Source: a virus (lineage: Duplodnaviria > Caudoviricetes). Taken from it: a stretch of 45,523 bases of DNA. Below, one piece after another: positions 7,755 through 16,272 of the stretch. The notes under the pieces were generated by a model. The model worked only from the letters and a program-made list of their open reading frames with translations, was not told the DNA's origin and did no database searches. Location: positions 1 through 45,523 of IMG/VR virus record IMGVR_UViG_3300025654_000017; one strand, 5' to 3'. The number at the start of each line of letters is the position of its first letter. The stretch's first letter is position 1. The position numbers and the translations under genes are program-made.

Positions 7755-9071
7755 CTACCTCCGCATTGACGAGCCTAGTGATGACCTAGCCCTACCTATT
7801 CCACGCTTGGTGAGGTTATCCATCATCCTTCCAGACAGTAATGCCTCAGCGAAGTATCCAAAGGAGTCGCAGAAGTGAGACGCAAAGCCATGATCAACTT
7901 GGTTTGTAATACGTCCATCGATACGTGTCTCCTTGTAGTGGTAGTCCATCAGTGCATCGAACATGCCTCCCTCGCCACTCAGCTTGCTCTCGTTGAAGTA
8001 TATCTGTGGGAATAGGTCGTGCATCGAGCGTATCCGCTTAGCCTCAGCGCCTGCACCTGCATTGTCCAGCACTAGGACGTTCGGTAAGCCAGCCTCGGTG
8101 AGTTTGGAGGCGAATGACATATTGTCAGCGCCCCGCGTCTTGCCGTCATGGGGTAGAAAGTGCTGACCATAGTTATATCCCTTGGCGAGCATGTGGCTAA
8201 CTCTCTCCGCCGTTGTCATCTCCAGACCATGATCACAGTCGATTAGCCTGTAGGTAAGGTCAACTTTCTGCCAGTAACACGTCACAGTGTTGGCAGGGCT
8301 GCCTAAGTCCCAAGTGGTGTGGATTAAATGGCTCTCAGAGGGCTTAAAGTCGAACACACGTCCATCATCCTTGGCTTTCTGGAAGTGATTGGCGTAGATT
8401 GCACCAACTCGAGCTACCGAGAAGTCGCACTCCATCTCCTGAGCGTAGGCTTCTTCACCGATCTCCGTCCTAATCTCCGCAAGATTCTCCGCATCGATCA
8501 GTCCAGACTCAGATGCCTTGAGAACTAAGCTGAACCTGCGCTTGTCAAGCTTGGCTTTCTGGAGGTTGCGATACAGCGTGCCGCGACCCTTGGGTGTCCC
8601 CATTGAACAGTGCCATCCATTGTAGTCTAACAGACAAGGAAGGATGACGTAACTCATTGCAACTGAAGGGATATCATCGTCCTCATCGCTAATTACACCA
8701 TCGAAATACAGACCTCGCATCCTCTCGAACGTCTCCCCCGAGAACAGTCTAATCTGCGCACCATTGGGGAAGTCGATGCGTAGCTCACTCTCATTGATCT
8801 TGATGTCAGGTATCTGGCTACACCACGTCCTGAAGTATGCCCAGCAAATGCTTTTCGCTTGCACCTGAGTTGGAGCGATATAAGCGTATCGGAGTGGCGC
8901 GGTGTCCATTCCCTTGCGTTTATGCGTCAAAGCGCAGTAGATAAGCCTCTGTACAGCCGCTACAGTCTTTCCAGCTCGGCGGTGACACACCAGAGTCAGG
9001 AAACGCTTGTCTGTAGTGATAAACTCCCTGAATGGTTCACGAGGGACTATCTCCAGCTCTACGTCACTCAC
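7755..9071 (-). CDS. terL: Terminase large subunit
   Basis: Walker A HRRAGKT, Walker B GVISDE, GTPKG, nuclease WDLG and HFCDSF; likely GTG start at 9071 overlapping the TerS stop. Confidence 0.92.
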   Translation of the reverse strand: MSDVELEIVPREPFREFITTDKRFLTLVCHRRAGKTVAAVQRLIYCALTHKRKGMDTAPLRYAYIAPTQVQAKSICWAYFRTWCSQIPDIKINESELRIDFPNGAQIRLFSGETFERMRGLYFDGVISDEDDDIPSVAMSYVILPCLLDYNGWHCSMGTPKGRGTLYRNLQKAKLDKRRFSLVLKASESGLIDAENLAEIRTEIGEEAYAQEMECDFSVARVGAIYANHFQKAKDDGRVFDFKPSESHLIHTTWDLGSPANTVTCYWQKVDLTYRLIDCDHGLEMTTAERVSHMLAKGYNYGQHFLPHDGKTRGADNMSFASKLTEAGLPNVLVLDNAGAGAEAKRIRSMHDLFPQIYFNESKLSGEGGMFDALMDYHYKETRIDGRITNQVDHGFASHFCDSFGYFAEALLSGRMMDNLTKRGIGRARSSLGSSMRR

Positions 9072-9432
9072 TTGAGTCTGACCCCCCGATCTTAATGTTG
9101 ATAGTGCCAGTGGTCTCCACATGCTCGTATGCACCGTCCATCTTGGATAGCTCCGCACTGGCTCGTATAGCGTCACTGGGACGTTCACCCTCGTTAGCTA
9201 GGGCTATGCGTGTAAGCAGCTCCTTGCGCTCTCCTATGGAAAGTATGGTGGCTTTATCGGTCTTTTCATTCATCTTATCAATATATTCTTTTACCTTGGG
9301 TTTTCTGAGTAGCTGTGATGCACACTGGTCAGCGATATCACCCGTTGATCCGTAGCCAGCTTGCTCGTAAGCACGCCCAGCGGGGACACCACTGAGCCAT
9401 AGCTTGACAAACTTTCTCTGGCGCGGGTTCAT
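9064..9432 (-). CDS. terS: Terminase small subunit
   Basis: MNPRQRKFV...AYEQAGY...ASQLLRKPKVKEYI helix-turn-helix motif; upstream of TerL. Confidence 0.88.
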   Translation of the reverse strand: MNPRQRKFVKLWLSGVPAGRAYEQAGYGSTGDIADQCASQLLRKPKVKEYIDKMNEKTDKATILSIGERKELLTRIALANEGERPSDAIRASAELSKMDGAYEHVETTGTINIKIGGSDSSE

Positions 9433-9446
9433 GGGTTAATTATACA

Positions 9447-9665
9447 CTATCGGAGATCATCGGTCAAATCGTCCCCAATGACGTTAACTCTTTGGAATCC
9501 TCCCTCACCCAGTGCGACATGATCATCAGACCATTCGTATTGCTTGGCTATACACGCATCACTCAAATCAATCAGCGGGTCATGCTCGATATTATCTGTG
9601 CCTCGAGCGTAGTAGCTCATGCGGTTGATCTTTGCTTGGTTGTCTTCCATCTCGAAAGAATCCAT
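9447..9665 (-). CDS. Small acidic hypothetical protein
   Basis: 72-aa ORF, D/E-rich. Confidence 0.5.
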   Translation of the reverse strand: MDSFEMEDNQAKINRMSYYARGTDNIEHDPLIDLSDACIAKQYEWSDDHVALGEGGFQRVNVIGDDLTDDLR

Positions 9666-9694
9666 ACCATGATGTATGCATGTTGTAAAGACCT

Positions 9695-9727
9695 AAAAAA
9701 CCCGCCCTGCGATTATGCAAGACGGGC
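9695..9727 (-). terminator. Intrinsic terminator ending the early gene cluster
   Basis: CCCGTCTTGCA-loop-CGCAGGGCGGG followed by TTTTTT on the minus strand. Confidence 0.7.
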
Positions 9728-9753
9728 TAATGTTGTGTTAAGGGTGCGCAGTA

Positions 9754-9969
9754 TCAATAAAGCTCTATCGCGTCCATCAGGACATCATATACAAGGTCAT
9801 TATCCGCTTGCAGCTCGTCTAGCTCCGCCTGAGTGGCTTCCCGCCCGTCTATCTTGGCTGAGTCAAGGAATGCGTCACAATATTCTGGGTAGTCCCAGTG
9901 ATTGATCCCAGCGACCACAAAGCTATCGACCGTGACCTCCTTGTCTGAGTTTTTAAATGTGTATTTCAT
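9754..9969 (-). CDS. Small acidic early protein
   Basis: 71 aa; GINHWDYPEYCDAF...GREATQAELDEL. Confidence 0.7.
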   Translation of the reverse strand: MKYTFKNSDKEVTVDSFVVAGINHWDYPEYCDAFLDSAKIDGREATQAELDELQADNDLVYDVLMDAIELY

Positions 9970-9973
9970 AGTA

Positions 9974-10261
9974 TTATTCGGTTAGCTCTTTAACGATGCT
10001 CCAGACCAAGTCTTCCATGTAAGCCCGATCATCATTGATCTCGGTCAGCTCCTCCTCGGTAGCATCACGCCAGTCAGCGCCTGCCTCCTTAACGAGCATT
10101 GAACCTATCTCACATGCGTCTGCATCAGTCTCGAGTGTGTGTGGTGATGACTCGATGCCATACACTGCGATCTCGTCTGTCTCTACGCGCTTCCCATCAA
10201 GGAGCGTGTAGTAGCCGTCATTTTCTATTGCGTCATAGCGCCTCTGTAGTTGTGTTTTCAT
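9974..10261 (-). CDS. Small acidic early protein, probable paralogue of the adjacent gene
   Basis: RDATEEELTEINDD aligns with REATQAELDELQAD; likely start ATG 10261. Confidence 0.7.
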   Translation of the reverse strand: MKTQLQRRYDAIENDGYYTLLDGKRVETDEIAVYGIESSPHTLETDADACEIGSMLVKEAGADWRDATEEELTEINDDRAYMEDLVWSIVKELTE

Positions 10262-10270
10262 AATGTATTG

Positions 10271-10327
10271 TCCCTTTCGGTGCATACATCGTAGCATAAT
10301 GAACTAGCGATGCAAGATAAATCGTAT
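10271..10327 (-). promoter_or_regulatory. Early promoter copy A
   Basis: ATACGATTTAT-n-TTGCAT-16 bp-TACGAT-n5-CACCGAAAGGGA; same architecture at 11163-11219. Confidence 0.65.
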
Positions 10328-10412
10328 ATTTATTTCAATTAGTTTAGATCGAGTATTGAGATGACCAGAAACATAACGATCTGGATAGCAGCGAGGAATA
10401 GGAATAGTTCGA

Positions 10413-10613
10413 TCATTCTGCATCCCCTTCACACTCTACGTATTGCTCAATGTCCCTGTAGCCAGTGCGGACGTAGATGACATCCATGATGGTCTCCCAG
10501 CTGAAGCCATTCAGCTTGGTGACTAGGTCTAGCTCCTGCTCGCTTGCAATCTCGTGATCGAGACAAAAGTCCCAAGCGAATTCCGTGTTCTGTGTTTCTA
10601 TTGCGTTTGTCAT
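10413..10613 (-). CDS. Small acidic hypothetical protein
   Basis: 66-aa ORF in the early cluster. Confidence 0.65.
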   Translation of the reverse strand: MTNAIETQNTEFAWDFCLDHEIASEQELDLVTKLNGFSWETIMDVIYVRTGYRDIEQYVECEGDAE

Positions 10614-10618
10614 TGGTC

Positions 10619-10744
10619 TTACTGTTCTAGGTTGTTAATGGTTTCTTTAAGTAGCACCTGCACCTGTGCGGCGCTAAGGTTCTTCTTCTCAATTAGGTAT
10701 TGTAGAGCAGCAAGGATACTGGTGGATCTGTGTTTGTTTTTCAT
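10619..10744 (-). CDS. Small hypothetical protein (41 aa)
   Basis: My translation MKNKHRSTSILAALQYLIEKK...; fits the gene packing. Confidence 0.45.
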   Translation of the reverse strand: MKNKHRSTSILAALQYLIEKKNLSAAQVQVLLKETINNLEQ

Positions 10745-10748
10745 TGGT

Positions 10749-10847
10749 TTAGTAGGTTGGGACTAGGATGTAGTAGAGGAAAAAGAATCCCCCGATGAGG
10801 AGCAATGCTCCGATTAGGTCAGCGAATATGTTTAGTAGTTGTTTCAC
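10749..10847 (-). CDS. Small membrane peptide (32 aa)
   Basis: GTG start; hydrophobic stretch LIGALLLIGGFFFLYYILV. Confidence 0.4.
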   Translation of the reverse strand: MKQLLNIFADLIGALLLIGGFFFLYYILVPTY

Positions 10848-10898
10848 ACCACAAAGCCCCGACTCGTTTAAGAGTCAGGGTAGTGGAGTTGGTTGCGA

Positions 10899-11135
10899 TT
10901 AATTAAACCTGATGCCAGAGTTGCCCATGTGTGAGCCTTTAAGGTTAAGTGTCTCGGTAGAGAACAAATGGATGCCGTTGCCTCTACTGCTGGTCACCCT
11001 CATGAACTGACCGCTAGGGGTGAAGCTGACGATGGTTAACACATCATCTCGTTGCTCCTTGCGGAATCTTTGATCCCACCGACCTGTCTGTCCGACAGTG
11101 TGAGTTACTCCCCAGCTATTAGTGTGTGTTTTCAT
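10899..11135 (-). CDS. Hypothetical early protein
   Basis: 78-aa ORF directly downstream of promoter copy B. Confidence 0.6.
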   Translation of the reverse strand: MKTHTNSWGVTHTVGQTGRWDQRFRKEQRDDVLTIVSFTPSGQFMRVTSSRGNGIHLFSTETLNLKGSHMGNSGIRFN

Positions 11136-11162
11136 AGTAGTGTTGGTTGCGATTGGGCTTAT

Positions 11163-11219
11163 TCCCTCTCGGTGTATTCATAATACATTACTGGATACCT
11201 TTCGCAACATAAATCGTAT
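11163..11219 (-). promoter_or_regulatory. Early promoter copy B
   Basis: ATACGATTTAT-n-TTGCGA-16 bp-TATTAT-n5-CACCGAGAGGGA. Confidence 0.65.
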
Positions 11220-11273
11220 CTAAATTGCAACTTTGTTCTGTAGCCCTTATTCTATAATGGTTCTGGTGTGTAA

Positions 11274-11786
11274 TTATTTTAATGACCCCTCGTAGATGCA
11301 CACCTTATTGGCTCTCAGTGACTCCTTCTTTGGCTGCTCGAACTTCACCCCATTCGCCTGTAGTAGATAGCAGTGACCAGAGAACCTCTCATCCATTACC
11401 ACCAGCGCAAGGTAGTCCTTAGAGCCTCCTTGTGTGAGCCTGTCACGCTTTTGGAATACCCAGCTCACTGGATAGTATCCTGAATACATGTGGCTCTTTA
11501 CATGGATGTCAACACCATTGCATGTCAGGTCAGCGTCATAGCTTTTCTGGCGTGCTTGGTATATCTCTAGGTCAGGGATTGATGAATTGCGACCATGCTC
11601 GAGCAGCATGTTACTCACCATAAACTCCGCCACTTTTCCACGGTAGATATCCTGTATGATCTTGTCGCCTGCATTCTGATTGCGGCGTGCATACTCATCT
11701 AATGACGTGACTGAGCTGCTCTTAGCGAACTCAAAGCACTGGCTAATTATTGACTCGGACGGTCTTTTTAGTTTGAATTTTTTCAT
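11274..11786 (-). CDS. Putative PD-(D/E)XK-fold nuclease-like protein
   Basis: GKVAEF...DADL..NGVDIHVKS pattern; likely start at MKKFK. Confidence 0.5.
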   Translation of the reverse strand: MKKFKLKRPSESIISQCFEFAKSSSVTSLDEYARRNQNAGDKIIQDIYRGKVAEFMVSNMLLEHGRNSSIPDLEIYQARQKSYDADLTCNGVDIHVKSHMYSGYYPVSWVFQKRDRLTQGGSKDYLALVVMDERFSGHCYLLQANGVKFEQPKKESLRANKVCIYEGSLK

Positions 11787-11787
11787 G

Positions 11788-12393
11788 TTATTCTGGTATT
11801 CTATCACCTTTGATTAGGTTGTCTAAAGCCCAAAGCGGCTGCGTATTTGAGTAATGAAAGCACTGTCTTTGCTGCTCTGGGTCGAGTAAGTCAAAGCTAG
11901 AGCAGGGTTTCACATGGTCAATGTGCCAGCCATGCATTCCATAGTTATCCCATGACATACCCTCAGTAAACTGTGACTCCAGATGCGCTCTGAAAGTTTC
12001 CATGTCGCAGCCTACCAGTTCCATCGTCCTGTCGCTTTTATCCTCAGCTTTAAGGAACGAGTTAACTCTGCGCCTAATGTTCTCCAGCATCCTAAACTCG
12101 ACAGACTCACCCCTTCGCTTGTTCATGTAAATGCGCTTTTGTTCCATGATGTCCTTGTGGTTTTCCTTTCGCCATTTCTTGCGTATGGGATTCAACCACT
12201 CCTTATTATCATGGTAATACTCCAGCGTAGTAGCGATTATCTTGTCCTTGTTTTCCTTGTAATATACCCGTGCCGCAGCCTTCTTACATGGCTTGCATCG
12301 TCCATCGCGCCCATCCTTTAGTGCCCTGTTCTTATGGAAATTGTTAAGCGGCGATTCCGTATTACATATGCTGCATTTTTTCATGTTACTCAA
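11788..12393 (-). CDS. HNH / endonuclease VII-like homing endonuclease
   Basis: N-terminal CxxC...CxxC; MSWDNYG..WHIDHVKP...CFHYSNTQPLWALDNLIK. Confidence 0.85.
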   Translation of the reverse strand: MSNMKKCSICNTESPLNNFHKNRALKDGRDGRCKPCKKAAARVYYKENKDKIIATTLEYYHDNKEWLNPIRKKWRKENHKDIMEQKRIYMNKRRGESVEFRMLENIRRRVNSFLKAEDKSDRTMELVGCDMETFRAHLESQFTEGMSWDNYGMHGWHIDHVKPCSSFDLLDPEQQRQCFHYSNTQPLWALDNLIKGDRIPE

Positions 12394-13624
12394 AGCGTTG
12401 TAGTCTACCGTTAAGCGTTAAATTCATTGTTACGTCGCGCTGACCGTTTCTGGACTTGGCAACATAGATGCCATCCTCGTTGATGGTAAGCAGGACATCC
12501 GCGTCATGGGCAATGGCTCTGGACTCTCTCACCCTGCCGTCATCGTTTAGCTGGGTAGCTGTCAGCACTGGACATTGGAAACGCTTTGCCATCTGCTTCA
12601 TGGTTCTGGTAACTTCAGCTACCTGCTCGTGCCTTGCCTTGTCTGCTGTATTAGTGAGTGAGACCAGTTGGATGTAATCAACCACGATCAGGTCAACGCC
12701 TTGTATATCGTTTACCTGTTGAGCCTTGGACATAACTGACTCGAGCGTCATTGAGTCCTCGTCACAGATGATGAGGTTTCCCGCCTCCTTGGTATCCTCG
12801 ATATAGCTGCGCAGCTTGATCAGATCAGCCTTAATTAGTGGCTCGTGCGTCTTACCTAGGATGCGCCCCATGTCTAGGTTCATCTCATTGGCTGCCAGTC
12901 TTGCGTGGATCATGTTTGCCTCGGTCTCGAGTGAGAACAGGATAACCCGCTTTCCTAGCCTTAGGAAGTTATTCATCATTTGCAGCATGAGGACTGTCTT
13001 GCCTCCGCTTGTAGGCGCTCCAATTACCCACAACTCATTGCGACCTAGACCACCTGTGATATTGTCGATCTCGTAAATGCCAGACGGCGTGCCTGCTGTT
13101 GTCTTATCCATGTGGATAGCCTTGAGTAGCTCAGCGAACTCCTCCGCGGATTGCTTGGACTCCTTCCATCCAGCTTGATTCTCCAGAATCGCCATAATGC
13201 CCTCTGAGGCGCTCCGTGCTGCGTCCGAGACTAATTCGGGTGTCTCTCCCTCCTCCAGCTCATTCAACGCCTTAGCAAGCTGTTTTTGAGCAAAGCGGGT
13301 AGCATACATGGACTTGACTGTCTTGAGGTGATTTTTCATGAACTCAAAGCCACACCACTCGGAGCGAATTTTGCTTATATCAAAGCCCAGCTCCACTCCG
13401 CCTGCCAAGCCTCGGATTTCATCAGTGGCTTCCAGTAGTGATATCTCGTGGAGTCTCCCGTCATCCACCATCTTGGTGGCACAACGCCAGATGAGTTTGG
13501 GTAGGTAGTTATGGAAGTAATCAGCAGTGATGCCTTCACCCCTGAGTTGGGGGATAACGTCTTCAGGCTTGTTGAGTATGCCAGATGCGAGGTAAGCCTC
13601 GGATATTGAATTAGTGAATTTCAT
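12386..13624 (-). CDS. dnaB: DnaB-like replicative helicase
   Basis: GAPTSGGKT, LFSLE, VVDYIQLV, TQLN, RESRAIAHDAD and KSRNG motifs. Confidence 0.92.
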   Translation of the reverse strand: MKFTNSISEAYLASGILNKPEDVIPQLRGEGITADYFHNYLPKLIWRCATKMVDDGRLHEISLLEATDEIRGLAGGVELGFDISKIRSEWCGFEFMKNHLKTVKSMYATRFAQKQLAKALNELEEGETPELVSDAARSASEGIMAILENQAGWKESKQSAEEFAELLKAIHMDKTTAGTPSGIYEIDNITGGLGRNELWVIGAPTSGGKTVLMLQMMNNFLRLGKRVILFSLETEANMIHARLAANEMNLDMGRILGKTHEPLIKADLIKLRSYIEDTKEAGNLIICDEDSMTLESVMSKAQQVNDIQGVDLIVVDYIQLVSLTNTADKARHEQVAEVTRTMKQMAKRFQCPVLTATQLNDDGRVRESRAIAHDADVLLTINEDGIYVAKSRNGQRDVTMNLTLNGRLQRFE

Positions 13625-13782
13625 TTTAGTTGTTTTAGTTTTTTGTAGTTTGATGAGATAAGGTCGAGGTATAGAGAGATCAACGCCTTTGCTTTGTTCG
13701 GGTCAGTATCGATGATGGTATCAAATGATGCAGCGATGTCGTCCATTGCTTTGTGCATCTCGGTGTATTCTTCGGGTGTCAT
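13621..13782 (-). CDS. Small hypothetical protein
   Basis: ORF coupled between the initiator and the helicase; likely start MTPEEY. Confidence 0.55.
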   Translation of the reverse strand: MTPEEYTEMHKAMDDIAASFDTIIDTDPNKAKALISLYLDLISSNYKKLKQLK

Positions 13783-13783
13783 G

Positions 13784-14473
13784 TTAATACGCTCTCTGGT
13801 TTTTTGGTTTAGCAATAGGTGTGATGATCTCGACTGGCTCGAGATGTCTGCCCGAGTTGAAGTATGTAGCTGAATGTGGCAGGAATTGCTTATCCTTATC
13901 CTTCACCGACTCACTGTAAATATTGAGATGCTCTACAAGCTGGTCTGCTTCAGTGGTTTTGAGCGCCTTGATGATAGCTTTGATTCCAGCCTGCTTAGCA
14001 ACCTTGCGTGGATAAGCTTGATACACTCTCTCTGCGTCAGCCTCTAGTATTACTTTCCTTTCCTTTTCTTTCCTTTCCTTTTCTTTACGTTTAAGCGAAT
14101 CAGAACCACATGGTTTTTCCCCTTGTGTATCAGGGACTTGCGGAGCTGCTTTCTTTTTAGGTCTGCCACCCTTGCCGCCATTGATGCGGTTCTGGATGAC
14201 CTTAGCCTCCTGCTCTACAGGGTAAAAATGAACCACTAGGTTGTCACCTTCAAAACCATACAGTAAGCACATGGTTTCTACCTCTTGGAGTGTGACACCA
14301 CATAGCTGCTGCCACTTGCGGTCAGTCCATGAGCGAGCGCCTGTGATGATGCCGCTATTTTCCTGACTACAGCACCATGCCGTAAGTGAGAGCCATGTAG
14401 CTCGTGATACAGGCTCAGCATCGATATACTCCTCACCTCTGATTACGTTTACGTTTATATTAATCCAGTCCAT
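13784..14473 (-). CDS. Phage replication initiator / replisome organiser
   Basis: NGGKGGRPKK, K/E-rich linker, YQAYPRK...PHSATYFN C-terminal domain; upstream of DnaB; likely start MDWINI. Confidence 0.75.
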   Translation of the reverse strand: MDWININVNVIRGEEYIDAEPVSRATWLSLTAWCCSQENSGIITGARSWTDRKWQQLCGVTLQEVETMCLLYGFEGDNLVVHFYPVEQEAKVIQNRINGGKGGRPKKKAAPQVPDTQGEKPCGSDSLKRKEKERKEKERKVILEADAERVYQAYPRKVAKQAGIKAIIKALKTTEADQLVEHLNIYSESVKDKDKQFLPHSATYFNSGRHLEPVEIITPIAKPKNQRAY

Positions 14474-14513
14474 TATCCTTTTTGCACTTGGTGCATGTTT
14501 TTGTGGTGTCCAT

Positions 14514-14654
14514 AAAATAGAAAGCCCCATCCAGATTGATAAAGAGAAACGTGGCGGTCGCTCAATCTAGACAGGGCAGAAATTATTCTACTTTAGTAAC
14601 GACCGCCACAGTGGTTACGCAAATATGTTTACGCTAAATATCGATTCATGTCAA
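14514..14654 (-). promoter_or_regulatory. Promoter plus structured attenuator-like leader of the replication operon
   Basis: TTGACA-17 bp-TAAACA (14654-14626); 10-bp inverted repeat 14551-14560/14600-14609; hairpin 14524-14577 with a U-tract. Confidence 0.6.
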
Positions 14655-14673
14655 ATAAATCTTCACCTTTTTT

Positions 14674-15102
14674 TCATAACACGGCAGTCTCAATGGTAAC
14701 TCCTTCATCATGAATCTCATCCGCCCATGCTTTTGTTGCATATAATAGCGTCACTTGGCTGTCATCCACCCAGTAATTGATCTTGGATAGCACATCTAAC
14801 ACCAGCTTACTAAGGTTATCGATATCGCTCCGACAGGTGCAAAACTCAGGCGCTGAGTCCTTGAGCAAGTGAGAGAAGCGACCAGTGCGCCATTGAGACT
14901 TAGGTCTCTTGATATGGAACGAAAGCTTAACTGCAAATGCACCATCGATGTTCTTGCCTGCGTGCCGTGCTAGACCGTCAATGAGCGTATCGCGCCATGC
15001 GTCTGCTGTTGGAGGTGTATATACGCCTGCGTGTTTTCCCCTGTTTACAGCTTTGACTCGAGGCTGAGGCTTGGGTGTGCCTAGTATTATCTCATTCATC
15101 AT
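14674..15102 (-). CDS. rusA: RusA-like Holliday junction resolvase
   Basis: PKPQPR and DIDNLSKLVLDVL...WVDDSQV motifs. Confidence 0.9.
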   Translation of the reverse strand: MMNEIILGTPKPQPRVKAVNRGKHAGVYTPPTADAWRDTLIDGLARHAGKNIDGAFAVKLSFHIKRPKSQWRTGRFSHLLKDSAPEFCTCRSDIDNLSKLVLDVLSKINYWVDDSQVTLLYATKAWADEIHDEGVTIETAVL

Positions 15103-15107
15103 ACCTG

Positions 15108-15139
15108 AAAAACCCCGACCCCCACTACAAGGGTCGAGG
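15108..15139 (-). terminator. Intrinsic terminator
   Basis: CCTCGACCC-loop-GGGTCGGGG followed by TTTTT on the minus strand. Confidence 0.65.
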
Positions 15140-15159
15140 CAATATATACCAAACAAAGT

Positions 15160-15432
15160 TTAGAAAGGAATGTCGTCTGATACGGCGGCGGCTGGCTTAT
15201 TGTCGCCAAACTCACCAAGCGTTTTCACGTTGCCAAGGATAGCTCCTTTGACCCCAGCTTCACGCTCCTCCTTGGATACGGATTGTGTGATCATACCGTG
15301 GTCGCCATACTGTCCAGCTTCCTCATTGATGAAGACAGTTGCGTCAAGGTATTGAGCGCCATTTTTGCCTTGGAATAGGCGTGACTTGTCAATCTTTGAT
15401 ACGTCAATTTTAATTGCTACTAGTTTACTCAT
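15160..15432 (-). CDS. Putative ssDNA-binding protein
   Basis: 90 aa; acidic SDDIPF tail; adjacent to exonuclease and ERF. Confidence 0.55.
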   Translation of the reverse strand: MSKLVAIKIDVSKIDKSRLFQGKNGAQYLDATVFINEEAGQYGDHGMITQSVSKEEREAGVKGAILGNVKTLGEFGDNKPAAAVSDDIPF

Positions 15433-15453
15433 ATTATTTTTATGTTTGTGTTT

Positions 15454-16272
15454 TTATTGTGTTTTAAGTTGCTCAGCCCGTGCTAAGCGAGAGATAAATA
15501 GCTCGTTGAATTGCTTCAGTGCGGCTGCTAGGGATTCAGTATAGTCATCACGATAGACCCGTAAAGAAAAATCTTTCAGATTAGGGCAGAAAGATGTGAA
15601 GTGCCAGTATTCAGAATCACACACCGCCATGCACCCGTGGACTTGTGCGCGATACTCTTTAGGCAGGACGCCTTCACGATGATATTTAAAGTGAGTTGCT
15701 GGCAGCGGACACTTGATCTCGAGACCACCCTTGCCACCATCGACCAGACCATCAGGAGAGCAACCGATATGCTCGCCAAAGGAATCGTTAGTGACAAAGC
15801 CAACCTCATCAACGTCTATGCCAGTCCTCATCTCAAAGTCAATGCGTGCAACTTCCTCGAGCCTCGTGCCTCGCTCCATTGCCCATGAAGGTGCAAACTT
15901 TACCAGATCATCAGTCGTGTAATAGATGTCAGCAAGTAAGCCGTCGATGTGCTTGTGAGCAGCGGGAATGTTAAGTGACACTAGCTCCTCATCGTATACC
16001 CTAGCCACCCCCTTCTCCACCAAGCCTGCCAGACCTGATGAGTTAAGGGTGGACGCAGGAACAGCGCCAGAATCGACCAGCTCGTCAAGCACCTCTTGTT
16101 GCTTAGCAGCTCGAGGTGTGACGAAGACCGCCTCATTGCGGGGATCTTTAATCAGCTCAGCATACTTAACTTTCTTGGTGCTAATGACCTTGTCGTATGA
16201 ACTAGCGGTAAGCCGCCCCTTACGGAGCGCAAACCATTCGTCACTACCTTGCTCTAATTGGTGGATTTTCAT
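15454..16272 (-). CDS. YqaJ / lambda-exonuclease family protein
   Basis: QGSDEWFALRKGRLTAS, GCSPDGLV, LEIKCP and YRAQVHG motifs. Confidence 0.92.
   Translation of the reverse strand: MKIHQLEQGSDEWFALRKGRLTASSYDKVISTKKVKYAELIKDPRNEAVFVTPRAAKQQEVLDELVDSGAVPASTLNSSGLAGLVEKGVARVYDEELVSLNIPAAHKHIDGLLADIYYTTDDLVKFAPSWAMERGTRLEEVARIDFEMRTGIDVDEVGFVTNDSFGEHIGCSPDGLVDGGKGGLEIKCPLPATHFKYHREGVLPKEYRAQVHGCMAVCDSEYWHFTSFCPNLKDFSLRVYRDDYTESLAAALKQFNELFISRLARAEQLKTQ

Noticed and set aside
9072-9188. N-terminal extension of TerL in the ORF track
   Set aside because: It overlaps TerS extensively; the GTG at 9071 beside the TerS stop is more plausible.
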